NCBI GenBank assembly: GCA_035542015.1
Contig: DATKMF010000136.1
Coordinates: 89 to 64,088, forward strand
DNA from: Candidatus Cybelea sp.
GTDB taxonomy: Bacteria; Pseudomonadota; Alphaproteobacteria; Dongiales; Dongiaceae
DNA: 64,000 nt
Direction: 5' to 3'
How positions within the stretch are numbered: the first letter of the stretch is position 1; each line of letters opens with the position of its first letter. Below, piece after piece: positions 9,093 through 18,878 of the stretch. Made by a program: the position numbers and the translations under genes. The notes under the pieces were generated by a model. It was not told the DNA's origin. It ran no database searches and saw nothing but the letters and a program-made list of their open reading frames with translations.

Positions 9093-10790
9093 ATGCGACG
9101 CGCACTGATTCGAACCGCCGCCGTGATTTCTGGCGCCCTCATGCTGGCGGCAACCACCCACGCCTTCGCCGATTCGGCGGACCGCATTCCGCTGGAGAAG
9201 CCGCAGCCGGCGCAGGCTCCTGCATTGCCGCAGGCCGTGCCGGCGCCGGTTCCGGGCATCGCCGCTGTGCTCGATGCGCTCGCGGCCGATCCCGCCCTGG
9301 CCGGGCTCAAGCTCGATTGGGCGGGGCTGAAGGCGTTCTATGCCGCGCACAACAATGCGGCGCTGTGGACCACGGCCAACGGCTATTCGATCCTGGGCCA
9401 GGCCTGGATCGTGCAGATCCCGCGCGCCATCCAGGCGGGCATGCCCCTGCCGCAGGAGACTGTCCTCAAGATCGCCGGCATGGCGCCGCCGACCGACGGC
9501 GATTCCCAGACCCGCAACGAGGCGCTGATGTCCGCGGTGTTCGTCGCGACCGCGGTCGAAGCCACCGGCCCGCTCGGCAGCGCGAAGCAGCGCGGCGCCG
9601 CCATGCTCGAGACCGCCGCCGGGACCAAGGATCCGGGCGCGATGATGGGTATGCAGTGGCCCTCCTATTATCGCTTCTGGAGTCTCTATAAGGCGCTCCC
9701 GACTTATGTCGCCTATTACCAGGCCGGCGGCTGGCCCAGCGTGCCGAAGATCGACAAGCTCGAGCCCGGCAAATCGGATCCCGCGGTGCCGGCGCTCCGC
9801 AAGCGCCTGCAGGCGACGGGCGAGCTCGCGGCGACCACCGCGAGCGACAACACCTACGATCCCGACTTGGTCGCGGCGGTCGAGCTGTTCCAGCGCAACC
9901 ACGGCCTCAACGACGACGGCGTCATCGGTGCGCGGACCATCGAGGAGATGAATGTCGGCGCCGATGTGCGCGTGCGGATGATCCTGCTCAACCTGCAGCG
10001 CATGCGCGAGCAGGGCGGCAAGTTCGAGGCGCGGCACCTGGTCGTCAACATCCCCGCCCAAGAGGCGAAGGTGATCGAGAATGGCAAGGTCGCGTTCTAT
10101 TCGAAGGCGATCGTCGGCAAGATCGACCGCAAGACGCCGACCCTCGACAGCGTGATCAAGCTCGCCAAGTTCAATCCGGAATGGAACGCGCCGGAGAAGA
10201 TCGCCTCCAACGACGAGGTGCGCCGGGCGCGCGCCGATCCCAACTTCCTCTCCTCCCATGGTTTCCATCTCTATGACGGCAGCGGCATGGAGGTCGATCC
10301 CAGCGCCGTCGACTGGTCTTCGGTCGGCCCGGGGAATTTCCCCTACCGCCTGGTGCAGCAGCCGGGGCCGGAGAACGCGCTGGGGCCGGTGAAGCTCGAT
10401 TTCCCGAACCCGGAATCGGTCTATCTGCACGGCACCAACCAGAAGGAGCTGTTCGCCAAGCAGGACCGCTACTTCTCCTCGGGCTGCATGCGGTTGCAGC
10501 GGCCGGTCGATCTCGCCGCCTATCTTCTTAGCAACGACCCCGACTGGCAGCGGCCGCATATCGACCAGGTGGTGGAGGACGGCAAGACCACACTGGTTCC
10601 GCTGAAGTCGCCGATACCGATCCATGTCGTCTACATGACGGCTTGGGTCGACGAGGACGGTGTGCCGCAGTTCCGCAAGGACATGTATCGCTACGATCAA
10701 TATCCGGCTATACCGGGCGACTTGCAGCCGTCGGGCGCCAACCTGATCGCCGCGGCGGCGCCGGAGAAACCGACCAAGACGAGTGACTGA
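9093..10790 (+). CDS. L,D-transpeptidase (YcbB/LdtD type) with peptidoglycan-binding domain
   Basis: FQ..HGL..DGVIG PG-binding motif; VNIP, QQPGPENALG, YLHGT...SSGCMRL. Confidence 0.92.
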   Translation: MRRALIRTAAVISGALMLAATTHAFADSADRIPLEKPQPAQAPALPQAVPAPVPGIAAVLDALAADPALAGLKLDWAGLKAFYAAHNNAALWTTANGYSILGQAWIVQIPRAIQAGMPLPQETVLKIAGMAPPTDGDSQTRNEALMSAVFVATAVEATGPLGSAKQRGAAMLETAAGTKDPGAMMGMQWPSYYRFWSLYKALPTYVAYYQAGGWPSVPKIDKLEPGKSDPAVPALRKRLQATGELAATTASDNTYDPDLVAAVELFQRNHGLNDDGVIGARTIEEMNVGADVRVRMILLNLQRMREQGGKFEARHLVVNIPAQEAKVIENGKVAFYSKAIVGKIDRKTPTLDSVIKLAKFNPEWNAPEKIASNDEVRRARADPNFLSSHGFHLYDGSGMEVDPSAVDWSSVGPGNFPYRLVQQPGPENALGPVKLDFPNPESVYLHGTNQKELFAKQDRYFSSGCMRLQRPVDLAAYLLSNDPDWQRPHIDQVVEDGKTTLVPLKSPIPIHVVYMTAWVDEDGVPQFRKDMYRYDQYPAIPGDLQPSGANLIAAAAPEKPTKTSD

Positions 10791-11412
10791 CGATATGCAT
10801 CGATCCGCCCGTTCTCTTTCGATTGCGATCGCCGCCGTTGCGGCGATCGCCGTTTCCGGTCCTGCGTGCGCCGACGGCGTCAAGGGCTTCGAGGCCTATG
10901 AGAAGGGCGACTACGCGACGGCGATGAAGGAGTTCATGCCGCTGGCCGCGGCCGGGCAAACCTCCGCCCAGGCCGCCGTCGGGCAGATGTATTTCGAGGG
11001 CAAGGGGGTGAAGCCCGATCCCGCCGAGGCGGCGAAATGGCTGGAGCCGGCGGCGAAGGCGGGGAATGCGCGCGCGCAGTTCCTCTTGGGCAAGCTCTAT
11101 CTCTCCGGCGAAGGCGTCGCCGCCGCCGATCCCGCCAAGGCGCTGGCACTCTCCAAGGCCGCCGCCGACCAGGGCATGGCCGAAGCCCAGGTCGATACCT
11201 GCGCGCTCTACTATCAGGGTGTCGGCGTGCCGAAGGACCTGACCCAAGCCTATCTCTACGCCACCTTGGCCGCGCGCCAGGGCAACGAGGACGGCAAGAA
11301 CATCCTCGAGCTTCTCACCCAGGACATGAAGCCCGAGGATGTTGCCAAGGGCGATGCCGCGGTGAAGGCCTGGAAGCAGGTCTTGCCGGACATCCAGGAC
11401 CCGAACCCCTGA
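10783..11412 (+). CDS. Exported Sel1-like repeat protein
   Basis: Repeats AQ..(V/L)G.(M/L)Y..G.GV..D; signal peptide; start may be ATG 10796. Confidence 0.9.
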   Translation: MTDDMHRSARSLSIAIAAVAAIAVSGPACADGVKGFEAYEKGDYATAMKEFMPLAAAGQTSAQAAVGQMYFEGKGVKPDPAEAAKWLEPAAKAGNARAQFLLGKLYLSGEGVAAADPAKALALSKAAADQGMAEAQVDTCALYYQGVGVPKDLTQAYLYATLAARQGNEDGKNILELLTQDMKPEDVAKGDAAVKAWKQVLPDIQDPNP

Positions 11413-11531
11413 GACTCCAAACTGCGGCGATGGCGCGCTCGACGCAGCCGATCTAGGTTGCGCCACGCCGAACGCGGTGCGCGGCAAGTGAATCGTATTC
11501 GCCTTGGCGCTGTGCCAGAGTTCTCTCACGC

Positions 11532-13769
11532 ATGATCCCGCTCCTGGTCATCGCCGGCCTGTTCTTCGTCATCGCGGTTCCGGTCCTGGCGGTCCGGGCC
11601 AATCTGAAGATTGCCGATCTCGAACGTGAGATCGGACAGCTCCGCGCCGCACTTCGGGCGCAAGGGCAGGCTGCGGGTGCGCCGGTCGCAACACCCCAGC
11701 CGCAGCCGCGTGTCGAAGCGACGGAACCGGTCCGGGCTCCGGCCGTCGAAACCACGGTGACCGCTCCGACACGGGCGCCGATCTCCCCGCCTGCCGCGAT
11801 GCGCGCCGCCCCGCCGCCGAAGCCGGCAAAGCCGCGGCTCGATTTCGAGATGAAACTCGGCGGTGGCCTCTTCATCTGGATCGGCGCGGTGATGCTGGCC
11901 TTGGCCGGCGCCTTCCTGGTCAAATACTCGATCGACATCGGCCTGTTGTCCCCGGCCGTGCGGATCCTGCTCGGCCTGCTGCTCGGTACGGCGCTACTCG
12001 GCGGCGGCCAATGGCTGCGCCGCCAGGCGCCGGCGATCGCCCAAGCATTGGCTGCCGCTGCGGTCGCCGACTGGTTCGCCAGCCTGTTCGCGGCGACGGC
12101 GCTCTATCACCTGCTCTCGCCCGGCTTCGGCTTCGTCTGCCTCGCCGTCGTGACGGCGATCGGCATTGCGCTCGCCCTGAGGGAAGGCCCGTTCGTCGGG
12201 ATCGTCGGCCTTGCCGGCGGCTTCATCACGCCGGCGATCGTCGCCAGCGGCACGCCGCAGGCAGGCGTGCTCTTCGCCTATCTCTTCTTGATCCAGCTCG
12301 GCGCCCTCATCCTGCAGCACAAGCGCGGCTGGTGGTACCTGGCCGCACTCGGCATCGGCGGCGGCCTCGCCTGGGCGCTGTTCTGGGCCTTCTGGGACAG
12401 CCCGACGCAAGGCGCGCGGCTCGCGACGCTCTGGCTGCCGCTGTTCCTGCTGGCGACCGACGTGACCCAGCTCTGGTCGCTCTACGGCAAAGGCGGCGTC
12501 GCCGTCACGCGGGAGATGACGCTGACCGCGCGCACCGCCAGCATCGGCTGCTTCCTGCTGATGGCGCTCTGGCTGATGGCGGGATCGTACCGGCTCGACG
12601 ACTGGGGCTTCCTGATCGTGCTCTCACTGGCACATCTCGCCGCGGCGCACCGGTTCACCGCCGAGGAGATCCCGGCCCTGGTCGGTGCCGCCATCGCGAT
12701 CGGCGCCTACGCCGCCTGGAGCCCGCTCGGCTACGACTGGAGCGCACACGGCACCGCCGATCGCACCGGCGATCTCATTGCGACCGGCATCCTGCTCGGC
12801 GCCGCCTTCGGCCTCGGCGGCTTCTGGTTCGAGATGAAATCCGCGCGTCCCGCACACTGGGCCGGCCTCTCGACCCTCGGCACGGCCTTCATCTTCGGCG
12901 GCGCCTATCTCAATCTGAACGCGGAGGCGCTCTGGCTTTCCTGGTCGGTTCAGGCGGCGATCCTGGGCGCGCTGCACCTCGCGGCCGCCGTGTGGCTCAA
13001 CCAACTGAGACAGCGGGAGCCGCGCTATGCCGGCGCGCTCGGCATTCATGCGCTCGCCGCCGCCGGCTTCGCCGCACTGTTCATCTGGCTGGAGATCGAC
13101 TGGCTTATCGGTCGCAGCGTCACCGACAGCGGCGGCGACTTCCTGCGTGCCGGACTCCTCTCCAGCACCTGGGCCGCTCTGGCCCTCGGCCTCCTGCGCT
13201 TCCGGGACCGCGCGATCCTGATGGCCGCGTATGCGTTCGCCGGCCTTTCCGCGGGCGCGCTCGTCATCGGCGGCTTCATCCTCGCCAACCCGATGCTGGA
13301 TTCGATCGACGTCGGCACGCCCTGGGTCTTCAACCGGCTGCTGCTGGTCTATGCCCTGCCGGCGGCGCTGCTCCTGCTGACCGCCGAGAAGCTGCCGAAG
13401 CAGGCGGCGCAGGCGGTCGGCCTCATCGCGTTGGTCGCCGGGTTCGCCTGGATCACCCTCACCATCCGGCAGATCGCCCATGGCCCCGTGCTCACCGAAG
13501 GTGAGATCACCAACGGCGAGCAAACCGGATATTCCGCGGTCTGGATGCTCTACGGGCTCTCGCTGCTCGGCCTGGGCAGCTGGAAACGCAACCAGATGCT
13601 GCGCTATGCCTCGGCGGTGGTGGTTCTCTTGACCGTCTGCAAGCTCTTCCTGATCGACGCCTCGAACGTCACCGGCCTCTTGCGCGTCGCATCGTTCCTC
13701 GGGCTGGGCTTGAGCCTGATCGGCATCGGTTATCTCTACCAGCGCCTGCTGTTCAAGCGGCGGGAGTGA
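11532..13769 (+). CDS. DUF2339-type polytopic membrane protein
   Basis: FE..LGG...WIG, FLVKYSI, many TM helices, C-terminal KLFLID...GLLRVASFLGLG...YQR. Confidence 0.85.
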   Translation: MIPLLVIAGLFFVIAVPVLAVRANLKIADLEREIGQLRAALRAQGQAAGAPVATPQPQPRVEATEPVRAPAVETTVTAPTRAPISPPAAMRAAPPPKPAKPRLDFEMKLGGGLFIWIGAVMLALAGAFLVKYSIDIGLLSPAVRILLGLLLGTALLGGGQWLRRQAPAIAQALAAAAVADWFASLFAATALYHLLSPGFGFVCLAVVTAIGIALALREGPFVGIVGLAGGFITPAIVASGTPQAGVLFAYLFLIQLGALILQHKRGWWYLAALGIGGGLAWALFWAFWDSPTQGARLATLWLPLFLLATDVTQLWSLYGKGGVAVTREMTLTARTASIGCFLLMALWLMAGSYRLDDWGFLIVLSLAHLAAAHRFTAEEIPALVGAAIAIGAYAAWSPLGYDWSAHGTADRTGDLIATGILLGAAFGLGGFWFEMKSARPAHWAGLSTLGTAFIFGGAYLNLNAEALWLSWSVQAAILGALHLAAAVWLNQLRQREPRYAGALGIHALAAAGFAALFIWLEIDWLIGRSVTDSGGDFLRAGLLSSTWAALALGLLRFRDRAILMAAYAFAGLSAGALVIGGFILANPMLDSIDVGTPWVFNRLLLVYALPAALLLLTAEKLPKQAAQAVGLIALVAGFAWITLTIRQIAHGPVLTEGEITNGEQTGYSAVWMLYGLSLLGLGSWKRNQMLRYASAVVVLLTVCKLFLIDASNVTGLLRVASFLGLGLSLIGIGYLYQRLLFKRRE

Positions 13770-13789
13770 TCCGGGCTGCCGCCGAGCGA

Positions 13790-13866
13790 CCCCTCACCCA
13801 ACTTCCGCTAAGCTCGCCTTTGGCTCGCTAAGCCTGTGTAACCCTCTCCCTCAAGGGGAGAGGGAA
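13790..13866. repeat. Solo REP-like element between convergent genes
   Basis: CCCCTCACCC leader, internal insert with two CGCTAAGC, stem CCCTCTCCC/GGGAGAGGG (13842-13864). Confidence 0.75.
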
Positions 13867-13875
13867 GAGCTGCAG

Positions 13876-15291
13876 CTACTCGATCCACGCCACGCGGAGC
13901 GTGTTGGTCGAGCCCGGCGTGCCGAAGGGGACACCGGCGGTGATCACCAGGCGCTCACCCTGCTTGGCGATCTCCTGCTTCAAGGCGATGCGCCGTGCCT
14001 TGTCCACCATCTCGGAGAAGGTGCGGATGTCGGCGGTGTGGACGCAATGCGCGCCCCAGAGCAGCGCCAGGCGCCGCGCCGTGCTCAGGTCGCCGGTGAG
14101 GCAGAGAATGGGCACCTCCGGCCGCTCGCGCGCCACCCGCAGCGTGGTCGAGCCCGAGGTCGTGTAGGTCACGATGGCTGCCGCCGAGAGCGTGTGCGCG
14201 ACCTGTGCCGCCGCGGCGCTGATCGCGTCGTTGCCGGTGGCCTCCGGGTCGGAATGCTGCGCGTCGATGATGCGGCGATAGGAGGGGTCCTTCTCCACCC
14301 GCTCGATGATGCGGTTCATCATGGTGACGGATTCGATCGGATATTTGCCCGACGCCGATTCGGCCGAGAGCATTACCGCATCGGCGCCGTCGTAGATCGC
14401 GGTCGCCACGTCGGACGCCTCGGCGCGGGTCGGCGCCGGCGAGTTCACCATGGATTCCAGCATCTGGGTCGCGACCACCACCGGCTTGCCGGCGCGGCGG
14501 CTGGCGATCACGATCCGCTTCTGCAGCCCGGGCACGTCCTCCGGCGGCAGCTCGACGCCGAGGTCGCCGCGCGCCACCATGACGGCGTCGGAGAGGTCGA
14601 TGATCTCTTCGAGATGCTCGATCGCCTGCGGCTTCTCCAGTTTGGCGATGATCCGCGCGCGGCCGGCGATCAGCTTGCGCGCCTCGGCGATGTCCTCCGG
14701 CCGCTGCACGAAGGAGAGTGCCACCCAATCGGCGCCGAGGTCGAGCCCGAAGCGCAGATCCTGGTGGTCCTTCTTGGTCAAGGGTGACAGCGGCAGCACG
14801 CAGTCGGGGATGTTGACGCCCTTGCGGTCGCTCAGGCGCCCGCCGACCACCACCTCGCAATCGACGCAGTCTTGCCGTTGCTCCTTGACCTTGAGGCGCA
14901 GCCGCCCGTCGTCGAGCAAGAGGCTCGATCCCGGATGCACCGCGGAGAGCACTTCGGGATGTGGCAGCGGCGCGCGCTTCGCATCGCCGGGCTTCGGATC
15001 GAGATCGAAGCGGTAGTCCTGGCCCACTTGCAGCTCGACCGCGCCGTCCTTGAACGTGCCGACCCGGATCTTCGGCCCCTGCAGATCGACCAGCACGCCG
15101 ACCGGCCGCTCGTAGTCGCGCTCGATATGGCGGATGATGTCGTAGCGCGCCTTGTGATCCTCGTGCGTGCCGTGAGAGAGGTTCAGGCGGAAGATGTCCG
15201 CGCCGGCCCGGAACAGCGCCTCGATGCGATGGCGGTCGGAACTGGCGGGGCCCAGGGTCGCCACGATCTTGGCCTTGCGATGGCGTCTCAT
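13876..15291 (-). CDS. pyk: Pyruvate kinase
   Basis: KIVATLGPAS, DLQGPKIR, MVARGDLGVE, ATQMLESM, PTRAE. Confidence 0.98.
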   Translation of the reverse strand: MRRHRKAKIVATLGPASSDRHRIEALFRAGADIFRLNLSHGTHEDHKARYDIIRHIERDYERPVGVLVDLQGPKIRVGTFKDGAVELQVGQDYRFDLDPKPGDAKRAPLPHPEVLSAVHPGSSLLLDDGRLRLKVKEQRQDCVDCEVVVGGRLSDRKGVNIPDCVLPLSPLTKKDHQDLRFGLDLGADWVALSFVQRPEDIAEARKLIAGRARIIAKLEKPQAIEHLEEIIDLSDAVMVARGDLGVELPPEDVPGLQKRIVIASRRAGKPVVVATQMLESMVNSPAPTRAEASDVATAIYDGADAVMLSAESASGKYPIESVTMMNRIIERVEKDPSYRRIIDAQHSDPEATGNDAISAAAAQVAHTLSAAAIVTYTTSGSTTLRVARERPEVPILCLTGDLSTARRLALLWGAHCVHTADIRTFSEMVDKARRIALKQEIAKQGERLVITAGVPFGTPGSTNTLRVAWIE

Positions 15292-16595
15292 CCCTTGCCT
15301 TTGTATGAGGATTGGACTGCGGACTCGTCGATCAGGATAGCACGGAAATCATTGACATTGGTACGGGTCGGGCCGGTGACGACGAGGTCGCCGAGCGCAG
15401 AATAGAACCCGTAACCGTCATTGTCGGCGAGACGCGCCTTGGCATCAACGCCGAGCTTCGCCGCGCGGGCGAGACTGTCAGGTTCCAGGACGGCGCCCGC
15501 GTTGTCCTCGGTGCCGTCGATGCCGTCGGTATCGCCAGCGATCGCGTAGATGCCGCGGTGCCCATCGAGCGCTACCGCGAGCGCCAGCAGGAACTCGGCA
15601 TTGCGTCCGCCGCGGCCCTTGCCGCGCACGGTGACCGTGGTCTCGCCGCCGGAGATCACTGCCGCCGGCGCCGGCGCGGGCTGGCCGTGCCGGGCCACCT
15701 GCCGCGCGATCCCGGCATGCACCAGCGCGACGTCGCGCGCCTCGCCTTCGAGATCGCCGAGCACGATGGGCCGATAGCCGGCTTCGCTTGCGACCTTGGC
15801 CGCGGCATCGAGCGCCGCCTGCGGCGTGCCGATCATCGCGGTGGTGGCGCCCGCCAAGCGCCGATCGCCGGGCTTCGGTGTCTCCGCCTCGGGGGACTGG
15901 AGATGACGACGAACCGCGTCCGGCACTGCGAGACGATACTTCTCGATCACTGCGATCGCATCGGCGGCACTGGTCGGGTCGGCGACGGTGGGCCCGGAGC
16001 CGATCACCGAGGGATCGTCGCCCGGCACGTCGGAGATCAGCAGCGTGGCAACCCGTGCCGGATGCGCCGCCGCCGCGAGCCGGCCGCCCTTGATGCCGCT
16101 GAGATGCTTCCTGACGCAATTCATCTCCGCGATATTGGCGCCTGATTTCAGCAATCCTTTGTTCACCGCCTGCTTGTCGGCGAGGGTCAACATGCCGCCC
16201 GGCACTGCCATCAACGCCGAGGCGCCGCCGGAGATCAGGCAGAGCACGAGGTCGTCCGGCGTCAAGCCGCGGGTGCGCTCCAGGATCCGGCGCGCCGCGA
16301 CTTGGCCGGCCTCGTCGGGTACCGGATGCGCCGCCTCGACGACTTCGATCGATTGCGTCGCCAACCCATGGCCGTAGCGAGTGATGACCAATCCTTCGAG
16401 CCGCCCCCCGTGAATCCTGGGCCAATGGTCCTCCACCGCCTTTGCCATCGCGGCCGCCGCCTTGCCGGCGCCGAGCACGATGGTCCGACCCTCGGGCGGT
16501 TGGGGGAGCCAAGCGGGCACGATCCGCAACGGGTCGACGGCGCCGATGGCGGCGGCGAACATGCGGCGCAGCAGCTCCTTACGGTCGATTTCCAC
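15288..16595 (-). CDS. Glycerate kinase type 2 (MOFRL/TtuD family)
   Basis: GAGKAA, HPVPD, ISGGASAL, SDVPGD, GGETTV, GGRN, TDGIDG, TNVND; overlaps pyk start. Confidence 0.93.
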   Translation of the reverse strand: MEIDRKELLRRMFAAAIGAVDPLRIVPAWLPQPPEGRTIVLGAGKAAAAMAKAVEDHWPRIHGGRLEGLVITRYGHGLATQSIEVVEAAHPVPDEAGQVAARRILERTRGLTPDDLVLCLISGGASALMAVPGGMLTLADKQAVNKGLLKSGANIAEMNCVRKHLSGIKGGRLAAAAHPARVATLLISDVPGDDPSVIGSGPTVADPTSAADAIAVIEKYRLAVPDAVRRHLQSPEAETPKPGDRRLAGATTAMIGTPQAALDAAAKVASEAGYRPIVLGDLEGEARDVALVHAGIARQVARHGQPAPAPAAVISGGETTVTVRGKGRGGRNAEFLLALAVALDGHRGIYAIAGDTDGIDGTEDNAGAVLEPDSLARAAKLGVDAKARLADNDGYGFYSALGDLVVTGPTRTNVNDFRAILIDESAVQSSYKGKG

Positions 16596-16670
16596 GGAAT
16601 CCCCTTCGGCGTTTCGGCGGCACTCTATGGACCGCCGGCTTGGAGGGTCAAGTCAGGCTGCGACCCGATC

Positions 16671-17603
16671 TCACGCCGTTGCGGCACGCGGCGCCGGCGA
16701 GCGCGCGCGGCGCGCCAGCAGGATGCCGACGATGACCCCGAGCCCCGCCAGTATCTGCAGCGGGGTCAGCGCCTCGCCCAGGATCGGCCAGGCGGCGATG
16801 GCGGCGAAGAGCGGGTTCAGGAGCAGGGTCAGCGAGGAAAAGGCGGCAGGCAGATGACCCATGGCCCAGTTGATGGCCGATTGGCCGAGCACCTGGCTCA
16901 GGAAGGAGAGGCCGAGCACGATCGCCCAGCCATGCAGACTCTGCGGCAACACGGCAGTCTCGGTTGCAAGCGCCACCGGCAGCAGCACGATGGTCGCCGA
17001 CACCGAGCCCCAGAACATCACCTGCGCGGTCGAGAGGCCGCGTCGCGCCGCCGTGCCGAAGCGGAAGTAGCCGGCATAGGCGAGGCCGGTGAAGAGGCCG
17101 AGGCCGAGCACCGCGGCGTCCTTGATCTCCACCGGCTTGGTGCCACCGGCGATCAGGCCCCAGGTGCCGAGCATGGCCAGCACCAGGCCGATCAGGAACA
17201 GCGGGCGGAAACGTTCGTGCAGGAACAGGAAGCCGCCGAACGCCACCCAAATCGGCGTGGTGTTGCCGAGCAGGGTGGCGGTCGCGACCGTCGTCATGCG
17301 CAGGCACCAATGCCAGGCGATGAGATCCGCCGCAAGCGAGAGACCGGCCAGCAACGCCAGGGCGAGCGCGCGGCGATCGCGGGGTACGAAGTCGCGATCC
17401 TGCCGGCTGCGGGCATCGCGCAGCATCCAGGCCAGAAAGAAGGGCAGGGCCAGGAACATCCGATAGAAGCCGGTTGCCGTCGGACCGACCTCGGAGAGCT
17501 TCACGAAGATGCCGGAGAACGAGATCAGGGCTGCGCCCAGGATCAGGACCGGGAGCGCCAGGCGATGGACGGCGGCCTCGAGCTGAGTGCGTGACGCAGA
17601 CAT
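16671..17603 (-). CDS. EamA/DMT family transporter
   Basis: About 10 TM helices in two repeats. Confidence 0.88.
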   Translation of the reverse strand: MSASRTQLEAAVHRLALPVLILGAALISFSGIFVKLSEVGPTATGFYRMFLALPFFLAWMLRDARSRQDRDFVPRDRRALALALLAGLSLAADLIAWHWCLRMTTVATATLLGNTTPIWVAFGGFLFLHERFRPLFLIGLVLAMLGTWGLIAGGTKPVEIKDAAVLGLGLFTGLAYAGYFRFGTAARRGLSTAQVMFWGSVSATIVLLPVALATETAVLPQSLHGWAIVLGLSFLSQVLGQSAINWAMGHLPAAFSSLTLLLNPLFAAIAAWPILGEALTPLQILAGLGVIVGILLARRARSPAPRAATA

Positions 17604-17713
17604 GCAGAAACGTGATGTGGGGAGGCGGCCGGACGGGGTGACAGGAAGGGTGGCTTCTTCTAGTCTCGGGCCCGAAACCGGTCAATCGCGCTCCACCAGA
17701 ATCACGATCGAGC

Positions 17714-18514
17714 ATGATGGGCGATACCGGCGGCGCCGCGCCGAGCCTGCTCGGCCCCGGCGATCCGCCTCCCTTCGAGATGGTCAACCCCGACGGCGCC
17801 GCGCGCCTCGTCCTGTTCAGCGACCATGCCGGCCGCGCCATTCCGCGGCGCCTGGGCACGCTCGGCCTGACGGAAGCGGAGCTCCGGCAGCATATCGGCT
17901 GGGACATCGGCATCGGCGCGCTGGCGCATCGCCTCGCCGCGGCGCTCGACGCCCCCGCCGTGCTCGGCACCTATTCCAGGCTGGTGATCGACTGCAACCG
18001 CAGGCTCAATGACCCCACCTCGATCACGCAGGAGAGCGACCGCATCGCCGTGCCGGGAAATCGCGGGCTCAGCCCAGACGAGCGCGGCGCCAGGGCGCGC
18101 GAGATCTTCGAACCCTATCATCATGCGGTCGCGGCGCTGATCGAACGGAAGCGTGCCGGCAAGCCTGCGATTCTCTCGCTGCACAGCTTCACGCCGCAGA
18201 TGAACGGCTTCGCCCGGCCCTGGCATGTCGGCATCCTCTGGAACCGCGATCCGCGGATGCCGGTGCCGCTGATGCAGCGTCTGCTGGCCGAGCCGGGTCT
18301 CGTGGTCGGCGACAACGAGCCCTATAGCGGCCGCGACGAACACGGCTACTCGATCGCGGCTCACGCCGAGACGGCCGGCTTGCCCCACGCGTTGATCGAA
18401 ATGCGCCAGGATCTGATCGCGGACGATGCGGGCGTCGCCAAATGGGCGGATTGCCTGATCCGGGTGCTGAACGATGTCCTTGCCGACCCTAAGGTCTATG
18501 CGCCGCGGGATTGA
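17714..18514 (+). CDS. N-formylglutamate amidohydrolase family protein
   Basis: SDHA, HIGWDIG, SRLVIDCNR, PYH, SLHSFTP, NEPY, IEMRQD. Confidence 0.92.
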   Translation: MMGDTGGAAPSLLGPGDPPPFEMVNPDGAARLVLFSDHAGRAIPRRLGTLGLTEAELRQHIGWDIGIGALAHRLAAALDAPAVLGTYSRLVIDCNRRLNDPTSITQESDRIAVPGNRGLSPDERGARAREIFEPYHHAVAALIERKRAGKPAILSLHSFTPQMNGFARPWHVGILWNRDPRMPVPLMQRLLAEPGLVVGDNEPYSGRDEHGYSIAAHAETAGLPHALIEMRQDLIADDAGVAKWADCLIRVLNDVLADPKVYAPRD

Positions 18515-18582
18515 GCCGACGGATTGACCGGTGCGTCCCCGCCGCCGATCATATCGACCAGAAACCGTTTCCCGAGGATTCC

Positions 18583-18876
<294 letters not shown>

Positions 18877-18878
18877 CG

